Of a DNA stretch of 50,423 nt, positions 19,254-28,061 are shown piece by piece. This DNA comes from an uncultured Candidatus Saccharibacteria bacterium (GTDB taxonomy: Bacteria; Patescibacteriota; Minisyncoccia; Minisyncoccales; GWA2-38-27). Made by a program: the position numbers and the translations under genes. The notes beneath the pieces were generated by a model, which ran no database searches, was not told where the DNA came from, and worked only from the letters and a program-made list of their open reading frames with translations. The stretch covers positions 88,349 to 138,771 of the forward strand of contig CAYMZK010000002.1 in NCBI GenBank assembly GCA_964394985.1. The letters run 5' to 3'. The stretch's first letter is position 1, and every line of letters begins with the position of its first letter.

Positions 19254-19669
19254 TATTCTACAGACTCTCTATATTTATCTATTTTTTTAACTTCGTTATT
19301 TTTAGTTTTAGTCACCGTTATATTTTTAGGCACCTTCATTTTTATTTGATAAAGTGGCTCCAGGTGTTTTTTAAGAGGGACAAAAATAATATTAATAATA
19401 TCTGCGGACAATTCGTCGGCTTTCTTTTCAGGCAGACTTAAGTCTTTTTGAAGCATTTGAGAGTAGCTGTCAGGAGAAAGTAATCCTAAAAAAACATAAC
19501 CTACGCTTTTAATTATACTTAAAATGGTTTTTTCTTCTGTTATTTTATGATTTTGGCAAATCTCTCTGATATTTTTACCTATTTCTTCAGAAAAAACGGC
19601 CCTTTGTAATTCCTTAGGGATTTCTTGGTATAAGCTCCAAAGCTCTTCTTTTGAATAATTAAGAAGCAT
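19253..19669 (-). CDS. Hypothetical protein, first gene of the T4SS-like operon
   Basis: 138-aa ORF with a stop overlapping the prgI start; TGATATAAT 6 nt before ATG. Confidence 0.7.
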   Translation of the reverse strand: MLLNYSKEELWSLYQEIPKELQRAVFSEEIGKNIREICQNHKITEEKTILSIIKSVGYVFLGLLSPDSYSQMLQKDLSLPEKKADELSADIINIIFVPLKKHLEPLYQIKMKVPKNITVTKTKNNEVKKIDKYRESVE

Positions 19670-19710
19670 TGGCCTATTATATCATAAACCAAAATAACAA
19701 CCTAGTGGAA

Positions 19711-19747
19711 AATTAAAAACCGGTCCTTTTTAGACCGGTTTTTAATT
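19711..19747. terminator. Strong intrinsic terminator
   Basis: AATTAAAAACCGGTC-7 nt-GACCGGTTTTTAATT, a perfect 15-bp inverted repeat. Confidence 0.85.
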
Positions 19748-19753
19748 GGCTAG

Positions 19754-21211
19754 TTACTTTAATAAAGATCTTGCTTCTTTTAGAATTTTAGCTATTTCTT
19801 CTGAAATAGACTTTAGTTTACTTTCAAAGTTTCGAGCTGGTGTTTTTTCTGGGTTACATTTACCGTCAGAACATCCATTTTCACATCTTCTAAACTTGCT
19901 TAACTTTATGTCCCTTTTAGTACAGTAATATTCTCTAACCCAATTTTTATTAACACAAGCATCGGTATATGTCTTTTCTTTGCCGTTAACAAGTCGAATA
20001 ACTGTTCCTTTCTCAAATAAATTAATTCCACCATCCGAATCTTCACATGTTCTTTGGGGTTTAATTATGGTAAAGTAGTCATCACTTTCGTCGTAGATTA
20101 CTTCGCCATTTGAGGAAGCACTAATTTTAATCTTATATTTATCGCCGGACTTAAAAGAATCGTCAATTGTCCAAGAGTATAAAATTTCTGTAGATTGATT
20201 ATAAGCGAGGTGATATTCAACTGGATATGAAGCATCGCTATAATCGACTAAAGATATAACCTCTATTTTATCATTTCCTATCGATTCCCAGTCAATAACA
20301 TAAGTTTCTCCTATTTCTAATTCTTCTGCTCCGTTTGGAAAGCCAACTCTGATAGATCTTTCAATAGGGATAGCATCTATGATGTTAAAGTAGCCATTAC
20401 TTATATCAGATCCATATTGAGATCCGACATTGGCGCAACCTACATTTGTAAAATTATTAGGACAAACGCTTATTTTTATCTTATATTTTCCGCTTGGGAT
20501 TGTCTCTGGGACACTCCACTCATAGCTTCCATCATTTGCGATTACAGCATCTATACCGTCAGAAGCTGCTATGCCATCTGATCCTATAGTATCAATAGTA
20601 ATTCGGGAATATTCTGATCCCCCTTTCCATTTTATCGTATAAACCTTTCCTTTTTCTAATTCTTCTCCTCCATTTGGAAAGCCAACTCTGATAGATCTTT
20701 CAATAGGGATAGCATCTATGATGTTAAAGTAGCCATTACTTATATCAGATCCATATTGAGATCCGACATTGGCGCAACCTACATTTGTAAAATTATTAGG
20801 ACAAACGCTTATTTTTATCTTATATTTTCCGCTTGGGATTGTCTCTGGGACACTCCACTCATAGCTTCCATCATTTGCGATTACAGCATCTATACCGTCA
20901 GAAGCTGCTATGCCATCTGATCCTATAGTATCAATAGTAATTCGGGAATATTCTGATCCCCCTTTCCATTTTATCGTATAAACCTTTCCTTTTTCTAATT
21001 CTTCTCCTCCATCTGGAGACACTACTTTAATGGCTTTTGAAGCAGAAGTGTTATTATTAAAATTATTTAATTGACTTTGAAATTGGTTAATTTGTTGAAA
21101 TAAATTGTTTATTTGATTTTGAATGCTTTCAAAAGTAATCGCTTTAGCGGGAGAAATACTTGCTCCCAAAAAGACAAATACTGTTAAAAATAAAATAAGA
21201 TATCTTTTCAT
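19754..21211 (-). CDS. Secreted/surface protein with three Ig-like (PxGGEE..Y.I.W) domains
   Basis: Signal peptide, short coiled coil, repeated P(N/D)G(G/A)EELE..W domains, C-terminal CEDSDGG..EYYC module. Confidence 0.75.
   Translation of the reverse strand: MKRYLILFLTVFVFLGASISPAKAITFESIQNQINNLFQQINQFQSQLNNFNNNTSASKAIKVVSPDGGEELEKGKVYTIKWKGGSEYSRITIDTIGSDGIAASDGIDAVIANDGSYEWSVPETIPSGKYKIKISVCPNNFTNVGCANVGSQYGSDISNGYFNIIDAIPIERSIRVGFPNGGEELEKGKVYTIKWKGGSEYSRITIDTIGSDGIAASDGIDAVIANDGSYEWSVPETIPSGKYKIKISVCPNNFTNVGCANVGSQYGSDISNGYFNIIDAIPIERSIRVGFPNGAEELEIGETYVIDWESIGNDKIEVISLVDYSDASYPVEYHLAYNQSTEILYSWTIDDSFKSGDKYKIKISASSNGEVIYDESDDYFTIIKPQRTCEDSDGGINLFEKGTVIRLVNGKEKTYTDACVNKNWVREYYCTKRDIKLSKFRRCENGCSDGKCNPEKTPARNFESKLKSISEEIAKILKEARSLLK
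20334..21011. repeat. Tandem duplication, 2 x 339 bp (113 codons)
   Basis: 20334-20672 and 20673-21011 read identical by eye. Confidence 0.92.
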
Positions 21212-21322
21212 TTTTTTTCTTAGTTTAATTATTAATATTATTAATTAATAATAACATATTTAAGATTAATATCTGCGGATAGCTGTGGAAAACTTTTATT
21301 AATTTTGTTATAATAAAAATAA

Positions 21323-23284
21323 TTAATCTTCTTCAGTGAGTGTTTTGGGAGGAGTGAAGTTTTCTTTGGGGAATTTCTCTAAAGCTTTAGTCATATATTC
21401 TCTCCAAATAGGACCAGCTAAAGTTATTGATGGCTTATGAGACATAGCAGTATTATCATTGTTTCCAACCCAAACACCAACAGCAATATTTGGACTATAG
21501 CCAATAGTCCAAGCGTCTCGATAATCATTAGTGGTTCCGGTCTTTGCTGCTACATCATAATTAGCAAAATAAAGTTGATTGTTATAGCCAAACATTGGAG
21601 CGCGCGCATCATTATCTGATAAAATGTCATTTAATATTCTAGTAGCTTCGGTGTCTAAAACTTTTCTTGGGCTATAATTATTCTCCTCAACGATATTACC
21701 TTTACTATCCTCAATCTTTAAAATTGAAATAACCGGATATTTAATTCCTTCTGTGGCGAAAACTCCGTAAGCCGAAACCATATCTAATAATTTTACTTCA
21801 CCTCCTCCTAAAACTATCGCTGGGCCATAAAAAGAAGACGACTCTTTTAGGGTTTCTAATCCTAACTTTCTAGCGGTATTTAAGGTTTCTTGAAGACCGG
21901 CTAGGTCTAATAAGACTTTTACTGCGGGAATATTTAAAGATTGAGCTAGGGCGCTTCTTAGACTAATTTCTCCTCGGTAAAGGCCGTCATAATTTTGAGG
22001 CGTGTAGCTTTTTCCTCCCCAAACACCAAAATTAGTTGGTTCATCTATAACCGTTTCTTCAGAGGTGTGGCTGTTTTGAAAAGCGGTAACATAAGCGAAG
22101 GGCTTAAAAGAAGATCCTGGCTGTCTTCCAATGCGATAAGTGGCAACATTTAATTTTGGGTCAAACATACAGTCTTTTCCAGAAACACACTCTTCCGGGT
22201 AAGAGTCGTCAAACCAATCAGCCGAACCAACCATAGAAAGTATTTGGCCACTTTTTGGATCAATAGCGACTAAAGCAGCATTTCTTGCCCTATATCCTTT
22301 ATTCCTTTCTGCTCCAACTTCAACAGCAGCCTCAGCTGTTTGTTGTAGATCCCAATCTATTGTGGTGTACACTTTGTATCCCTTTTCTTCTAAAAAGTTT
22401 CTTCCGTAATGGTCAATTAAGTATTGTTGAACATACAAAACAAAATGAGGTGCTTTAATTGATCGAGAAACCTTAGCAAGCTCTATTTCTTCATTTTTAG
22501 CAGATTCTCCCTCTTCTTTACTGATATATCCCTCGTCAACCATTCTATTAATAACATAATTTTTTCTATTCATCAGTTCATCAATATGGCTACCAAAGGG
22601 AGAATAATAACTTGGTGCTTTAATAGAAGCGGCCAAAATAGCCGATTCGGCAATAGTTAAATCTTTAGAAGGTTTATTAAAATAAGTTTGAGAAGCGGCT
22701 TCTGCTCCATAAATATTTATTCCCATTGGAACTTGGTTTAAATACCATTCTAAAATTTGATCTTTAGAATATCTTCTTTCAAGCTCCATTGTTAAAATAA
22801 CTTCTTTAGCTTTTCTAGCGATGCTTTTCTCTAAAGTTAAAAAAGTGGATCTGATTAATTGTTGAGAAAGAGTCGATCCTCCATAAGTAGCCGATCCTTT
22901 ATTTATATTTATCTTTACGGCCCTGGCTATGCCGATAAAATCTAGTCCATGATGCTTATAAAATCGAGAATCCTCGGTAGCAATAACCGCATTTCTAACA
23001 TGTTCAGACATTTCTAAAAGAGGGACTATTTCTCTTTTGGTTTCCCCGTAAAGTTCATAAAGAAGGGTTTCTCCGGTGCGATCATATATTTTAGTTGATT
23101 CAATAAAGTCCCTTTCAGTAAATTTTTCTGGTCGAGGCAAGTCTTTGGCATAGTAAATAAAAACCGCTAATCCGGAAAGAAAAGTTATAGCAAAAAGAAT
23201 GAAAATTATTGACAAGACACGGAAAAAAAACTTTTTCTTTTTACTTTTTTCAACTATATTTCTGTAAAATTTTCTGATGGCCAT
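21323..23284 (-). CDS. Class A penicillin-binding protein (transglycosylase/transpeptidase)
   Basis: EDSRFYKH, GGSTLSQQL, RKAKE, RQPGSSFKP, SLN, KTGT. Confidence 0.95.
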   Translation of the reverse strand: MAIRKFYRNIVEKSKKKKFFFRVLSIIFILFAITFLSGLAVFIYYAKDLPRPEKFTERDFIESTKIYDRTGETLLYELYGETKREIVPLLEMSEHVRNAVIATEDSRFYKHHGLDFIGIARAVKININKGSATYGGSTLSQQLIRSTFLTLEKSIARKAKEVILTMELERRYSKDQILEWYLNQVPMGINIYGAEAASQTYFNKPSKDLTIAESAILAASIKAPSYYSPFGSHIDELMNRKNYVINRMVDEGYISKEEGESAKNEEIELAKVSRSIKAPHFVLYVQQYLIDHYGRNFLEEKGYKVYTTIDWDLQQTAEAAVEVGAERNKGYRARNAALVAIDPKSGQILSMVGSADWFDDSYPEECVSGKDCMFDPKLNVATYRIGRQPGSSFKPFAYVTAFQNSHTSEETVIDEPTNFGVWGGKSYTPQNYDGLYRGEISLRSALAQSLNIPAVKVLLDLAGLQETLNTARKLGLETLKESSSFYGPAIVLGGGEVKLLDMVSAYGVFATEGIKYPVISILKIEDSKGNIVEENNYSPRKVLDTEATRILNDILSDNDARAPMFGYNNQLYFANYDVAAKTGTTNDYRDAWTIGYSPNIAVGVWVGNNDNTAMSHKPSITLAGPIWREYMTKALEKFPKENFTPPKTLTEED

Positions 23285-23320
23285 TGAGTTTATTGGTTAT
23301 TTATTCTATTATATACTAAT

Positions 23321-24463
23321 ATGTTAGAAATTGAAAAAGTATTATCTCGAGCAGTTCATGAAATACTGCCCAACAAAGAGGATTTAAAGAAGTTAATGCA
23401 GAAAAGAAAAATTCGTCTTTATTTGGGTATTGATCCGACAGCTAAAAGATTACATTTAGGACATACCATTAATTTAAGAAAACTTCAAGAGTTTTCCGAT
23501 TTGGGCCACGAGGCAATTTTAGTTATTGGAACTGGGACTGTTTTAGTTGGTGACCCTTCTTTAAGAGAAGAAGCTCGAAAACAAATTACCCAAGAAGAGA
23601 TTAAGAAAAATATTAAGAGCTGGAAAAAACAAGCGAGTAGCGTGGTTGATTTTTCTAAAGTTAAATTAAAGTATAATGGCGACTGGTTGCTTAAATTAAA
23701 ATACGAAGATATTAATAAGATATCCTCAAATATTTCTTCTATTAAGCTCTATCAAAGAGATTCTTTTCAGAGAAGACTAAAGAAAGGAGATACAGTTTGG
23801 ACTAACGAAACTCTATACCCCTTGTTTCAGGGATATGATTCAGTTCACCTAGATGTTGATTTAGAGATTGGTGGCACCGATCAGATATTTAATATGTTGG
23901 TTGGTAGAGATTTACAAAAAAAGATGAATAATAAAGAAAAGTTTGTTTTAACTTCTCCAATGATTGTTGGTATAGACGGAAAACAAATGAGCAAAACTTC
24001 CGGAAACTGTATTTGGATAGATGACAGTCCAAAAGAAAAATACGGAAAAATAATGTCTATTCCAGACATTTTAATAGATAGCTATTTTGAATTATTAACC
24101 AATAAAGAGAGATTAACCGCTAATCCAAGAGACGCTAAGGTAGAATTAGCCAAAGAAATTGTTAGAATGTATCATGGCCAAAAGGAAGCCGATAAAGCTG
24201 AAAAAGAATTTGAGAAGATGTTCAAGAAAAAAGAAATTCCTTCAGATATCCCAGAAATTTCTATTAAAGAAAAGAAACTTAATATTTTAGACTTGTTAGT
24301 CAAAACAAAATTAGTTTTTTCTAAAGCTGAGGCCAGGAGAATGGTTGAACAGAAGGCGGTGAAATTAAATGGAAAAATAGAAGACGATTGGAAAAGAGAA
24401 ATAGAGATTAAGAAAGAACTAATTCTTCAAGTCGGCAAAAGAAGATTTATTAAAATTAACTAG
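23321..24463 (+). CDS. tyrS: Tyrosine-tRNA ligase
   Basis: GIDPTA..LHLGH, QGYD, GGTDQ, QMSKT, C-terminal S4 domain. Confidence 0.97.
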   Translation: MLEIEKVLSRAVHEILPNKEDLKKLMQKRKIRLYLGIDPTAKRLHLGHTINLRKLQEFSDLGHEAILVIGTGTVLVGDPSLREEARKQITQEEIKKNIKSWKKQASSVVDFSKVKLKYNGDWLLKLKYEDINKISSNISSIKLYQRDSFQRRLKKGDTVWTNETLYPLFQGYDSVHLDVDLEIGGTDQIFNMLVGRDLQKKMNNKEKFVLTSPMIVGIDGKQMSKTSGNCIWIDDSPKEKYGKIMSIPDILIDSYFELLTNKERLTANPRDAKVELAKEIVRMYHGQKEADKAEKEFEKMFKKKEIPSDIPEISIKEKKLNILDLLVKTKLVFSKAEARRMVEQKAVKLNGKIEDDWKREIEIKKELILQVGKRRFIKIN

Positions 24464-24956
24464 TTTGAATGTTGGAAGTGTCTAGAGCGTAGCACATGGC
24501 AATTCCTAGGGCGTCGGTGGCATCATCGCGCCTTTTGTCTTTGTCTTTGGGTTTTTCTTCTAAATTAAGTTGAGCTTTAATCATTCTTTGAACTTGTTTT
24601 TTTTCTGCTTTCCCGTAACCGGCAATAGCCATTTTCATTTGAAGGGGAGTGTATTCATAAACTGGCAATTTCTTTTTGGCGGCGGTTAATAGAATAACTC
24701 CCTTAGCTTGGCTTACTGGCATGGCGGTTTTTAAGTTTTTACAAAAGAAAAGCCGTTCTACGGCTAGAACTTTTGGGTTATGAATTTTAATTAATCTATT
24801 TAATTCGTTATTTATTAATCTTAATCTTTCTCCATCGGTTAAATCTGGTGTAGTATTGATACAGCCATAATCTATCACTTCGAGACTATCTTTATTCTTT
24901 TTAATAATTCCGAAACCGGTTGTTGCCGTTCCCGGATCAATGCCTAAAATTATCAT
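24456..24956 (-). CDS. ruvC: Holliday junction resolvase RuvC
   Basis: ILGIDPGTATTGFG, EYTP, DDATDAL. Confidence 0.96.
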   Translation of the reverse strand: MIILGIDPGTATTGFGIIKKNKDSLEVIDYGCINTTPDLTDGERLRLINNELNRLIKIHNPKVLAVERLFFCKNLKTAMPVSQAKGVILLTAAKKKLPVYEYTPLQMKMAIAGYGKAEKKQVQRMIKAQLNLEEKPKDKDKRRDDATDALGIAMCYALDTSNIQTS

Positions 24957-25666
24957 TTTAAGTTTGAATAAATATTTTGGACATCGTCATTTTCGTCTAA
25001 AGCTTCAAATAATTTTTCTATAGAGTCTTTTTTCTCTGATTTTACCAAATCTTTGGCTACCCATTCTAGTCTGGAAGAATCTATTCCAAAATCTTCTTCT
25101 AATTCTTTCTTAATATTTTCTAGATCTTCTACCTTGGTATAAACAAAAAGAGTATTCTCATCCCAATCTATATCTTCGGCTCCAGCTTCAATGACCTTTA
25201 ACTCCACCTCTTCTTTGTTCGTTGTTTTTTGTTCATTGTCTAATACTATTACTCCTTTTCTTTCAAACATCCATCTTACTGCTCCTTCATTAGCTATTTT
25301 ACCATTATGCTTGCTTAGGATGTTTTTAATTTCTCCGTAAGTTCTATTTTTATTATCGGTAATTCCTTCAATAATTATGGCTATTCCATCTGGGCCGTAA
25401 GCTTCAAAGATTACTTCTTCTAGTTTTTCTCCAACCAATTCCCCGGTTCCCTTTTTAATCGCTCTTTCAATGTTATCTTTGGGCATATTAACCTTTTTAG
25501 CTTGATCAATAGCCAACCTCAAGGCTGGATTGGTTTCTGGATCACCACCCTTTTCTTTGGCAGCAACGGTGATGACGCGAGCCATTTTAGAAAAAGCTTT
25601 TCCGCGCTTAGCATCTGCTGCTCCTTTCTTGTGTTTAATTGTTGCCCAATGAGAATGTCCTGACAT
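24953..25666 (-). CDS. yebC: YebC/PmpR family protein
   Basis: MSGHSHWATIKHKKG, MPKDNIERAI, DDVQNIYSN. Confidence 0.96.
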   Translation of the reverse strand: MSGHSHWATIKHKKGAADAKRGKAFSKMARVITVAAKEKGGDPETNPALRLAIDQAKKVNMPKDNIERAIKKGTGELVGEKLEEVIFEAYGPDGIAIIIEGITDNKNRTYGEIKNILSKHNGKIANEGAVRWMFERKGVIVLDNEQKTTNKEEVELKVIEAGAEDIDWDENTLFVYTKVEDLENIKKELEEDFGIDSSRLEWVAKDLVKSEKKDSIEKLFEALDENDDVQNIYSNLK

Positions 25667-25678
25667 AATATCTTAATT

Positions 25679-26545
25679 TTAACCTAAAAACATATTTTTG
25701 TCTATCTTTGTTTTAGTTGCTAAAAAGACAATCGCTGAGCTAAGGGCAATGACTATGGCGATTAAAAATGTAGAAAAAAAGCTTTTTTCTTCTTTTAAGT
25801 TTTCTTTAATTAAGCTTTCTTCAGCTTTTCTTGGTTTAATTTCTTGGTTATTAGTGTCTTTTTTAATGTCAGTTGCCTCTTTTTCTAATAGACCCCATTG
25901 CCAGGTAGAATTTATTTTAAGATATGGTTTTCCGGTAACAGTTTTATTAAAAGAAACTGAATCAATTATTTCTTTGTTAGGGTTTAATAATTCTAGACCG
26001 TCTCCTGAATTATTTAAAGTGATTTTACTCTCCGGCCTTCTAACGATTATTGTTTGAAGCGGTTCCATCTCTTGATTTAAAATATATTCTTTTATTGAAC
26101 CAACTTTGTCCCTGATTATCCAGCCAGCTAAATCTACTTTAAAATTATTATTATTTTTTAATTTAATATATTCATTTTCTAAGTCTGATCCTTCCGGAGA
26201 GGGCATTATTTCTATAAACTCAATGTTTTCAGCGTAAATCTTTAAGTTTTCTGGTTTGGACTCTTTTAAGATTTGCGGGGAGTTGGTCTTTGTTAATCCT
26301 TCTACATTTATATAGGCTAATCCTTGTTCTTTAATTTTCTCTAAAGTTTTTTCTCCAATCCCTTTTACTTTGGTTAAATCATCAAGAGAAGAAAAAGGTC
26401 TATTATCTATTATTCTTTGAGCATAAATCGGCCCAATCCCGATTAGTTCTTGTAATTTTTCTAGAGCAGCAGTGTTAATTTCTACTTTATTATTAGCAAT
26501 TACTAAAAAAGGAAAAAGTAGAAGGATTAGAATAAATTTTTTCAT
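25679..26545 (-). CDS. comEA: ComEA-type helix-hairpin-helix protein fused to a lamin-tail domain, C-terminal TM anchor
   Basis: INTA..GIGP..VKGIGEK; EIMPSPEGSD..EYIKL..DLAGW..LNNSGD; start MKKFIL at 26545. Confidence 0.75.
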   Translation of the reverse strand: MKKFILILLLFPFLVIANNKVEINTAALEKLQELIGIGPIYAQRIIDNRPFSSLDDLTKVKGIGEKTLEKIKEQGLAYINVEGLTKTNSPQILKESKPENLKIYAENIEFIEIMPSPEGSDLENEYIKLKNNNNFKVDLAGWIIRDKVGSIKEYILNQEMEPLQTIIVRRPESKITLNNSGDGLELLNPNKEIIDSVSFNKTVTGKPYLKINSTWQWGLLEKEATDIKKDTNNQEIKPRKAEESLIKENLKEEKSFFSTFLIAIVIALSSAIVFLATKTKIDKNMFLG

Positions 26546-26564
26546 TATTTTATTATAGCATAAT

Positions 26565-26599
26565 AAAAAAGCCATCTCCCTCCTTGGAGAGATGGCTTT
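26565..26599 (-). terminator. Intrinsic terminator
   Basis: AAGCCATCTC-10 nt-GAGATGGCTT with a U-tract on the minus strand. Confidence 0.75.
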
Positions 26600-26798
26600 A
26601 GTTGATTGAATCAAGCCCGATTACGGATTTGATTCCAAAATCCCTTAACTCTCTTTTGATTCGCCTTTTAAATTTACGAATCCCCTCTTTTTCTTGTTTT
26701 TTGAGAGTGAAAATGGGATTTCTAAGAAATTCCGCGCTTTCATCATGACTTACAACAAAATATTTCTCTCCCATTCTAATAACCGACACACGATTCAT
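26598..26798 (-). CDS. Small basic hypothetical protein (66 aa) with own promoter and terminator
   Basis: AGGAGG before ATG 26798; TTGACT-17-TACACT upstream; terminator downstream. Confidence 0.6.
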   Translation of the reverse strand: MNRVSVIRMGEKYFVVSHDESAEFLRNPIFTLKKQEKEGIRKFKRRIKRELRDFGIKSVIGLDSIN

Positions 26799-26887
26799 GA
26801 TATTACCTCCTTTTACTTTTGTTAAAAGAGCCAAAAAAAGAACCTGATTGAACAGTGTATAACAAAAAACAAAAAAAGTCAACAGTT

Positions 26888-27901
26888 CTAGATTAGAGAG
26901 TTTGGTTCTTTGTATTCTATGTTTAGGTGTTTAAAGGCAGATCTTGTGGCTACTCTTCCTTTTGGGGTTCTTTCAATAAAGCCTAATTGCATTAAGTATG
27001 GCTCATAAACATCTAAGATGGCATCTTTTTCTTCAGAGGTGGCCGCGGCCAGGGTTTGCAGGCCAACAGGACCCCCTTGAAATTTATTAATAATAGTTGA
27101 AAGAATTTTTCTGTCTCCGGGCTCTAGCCCTAGTTCATCAATATCTAAAAACCTTAAAGCTTCGTTGGCAATTTCTGGAGTAATTATTCCTTTTCCTTTT
27201 ACTTGGGCGTAGTCTCTAATTCTTTTAATTAAGCGATTGGCTACTCTTGGAGTTTTTCTAGAACAACGAGCGATTGTTTTTAGCGCTTCTGTTTCTATCT
27301 CAACATTTAAAAGCTTGGCTGATCTTTGAATAATCTCTTCCATTTCTTCATCGCTATAATACCCAACTTGAAAAGTAGCGCCAAATCTATTTCTTAGAGG
27401 AGCCGATAATAGGGCTAGGCGGGTAGTGGCACCAATTAAAGTAAAGCGAGGGAGTTTTAGGTCCATAGTTCTAGCCATTGGCCCCTTTCCTAAAATTAAG
27501 TGAAGTTTAAAATCTTCCATAGCCGGATAAAGAAACTCTTCAATTAATTTGTTAATTCGATGACATTCGTCTATAAAAAGAACATCGCCCTCGCTTAAAT
27601 TAGTTAAAATAGCGGCTAAATCTCCCACTCTTTCAATTGTTGGTCCGGCAATTACCCGAATATTTGAATTTAGTTCATTGGCGATAATATGAGAAATAGT
27701 GGTTTTTCCTAATCCGCTACCTCCATAGAAAAGAAGATGTTCTACGGTGTCGCTTCTTTGTTTAGCGGCTTCAATGATGATTTTTACATTTTCTTTGACT
27801 TTATTTTGGCCAACATAACCCTCCCAGCTTTTAGGCCTTAAGGTTGAGTCTAAACTTTCATCTTCTTTGTTTTCCGCTTGGGGTCTTGACAAATTTTCCA
27901 T
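26888..27901 (-). CDS. ruvB: Holliday junction helicase RuvB
   Basis: LRPK, GGSGLGKTT, FIDECHR, YPAMEDF, GATTR, RTPKGR. Confidence 0.97.
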   Translation of the reverse strand: MENLSRPQAENKEDESLDSTLRPKSWEGYVGQNKVKENVKIIIEAAKQRSDTVEHLLFYGGSGLGKTTISHIIANELNSNIRVIAGPTIERVGDLAAILTNLSEGDVLFIDECHRINKLIEEFLYPAMEDFKLHLILGKGPMARTMDLKLPRFTLIGATTRLALLSAPLRNRFGATFQVGYYSDEEMEEIIQRSAKLLNVEIETEALKTIARCSRKTPRVANRLIKRIRDYAQVKGKGIITPEIANEALRFLDIDELGLEPGDRKILSTIINKFQGGPVGLQTLAAATSEEKDAILDVYEPYLMQLGFIERTPKGRVATRSAFKHLNIEYKEPNSLI

Positions 27902-27914
27902 AATATATTAAAAT
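27886..27914 (+). promoter_or_regulatory. Consensus sigma70 promoter pointing into the structured intergenic element
   Basis: TTGACA (27886-27891)-17 nt-TAAAAT (27909-27914). Confidence 0.7.
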
Positions 27915-27920
27915 GAAGCA

Positions 27921-28061
27921 GTAAAAAATAGGTCTCGTGCTGGGGGCCCAGGGAAATTCTGCAGATGGATGGTTTGGCTTTGGCGAAACCACACCTCGGG
28001 AAATTCCTACACTTTTGTTCCTAAGCTAAAGTCCTCCCCCAGCGCCAGGCCTATTTTTTTT
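27921..28061 (+). ncRNA. Structured ~140-nt ncRNA, 6S-RNA-like rod with asymmetric bulge (family not established)
   Basis: AAAAAATAGGTCT.GTGCTGGGGG pairs with CCCCCAGCGC.AGGCCTATTTTTT; inner stems GGGAA/TTCCT and TGGTTT/AAACCA; upstream promoter, terminal U-tract. Confidence 0.6.

Noticed and set aside
27921-28061. Structured element as SRP RNA, tRNA or simple terminator
   Set aside because: No SRP domain IV GGAA tetraloop motif, no cloverleaf, and much longer than a terminator, with its own promoter.
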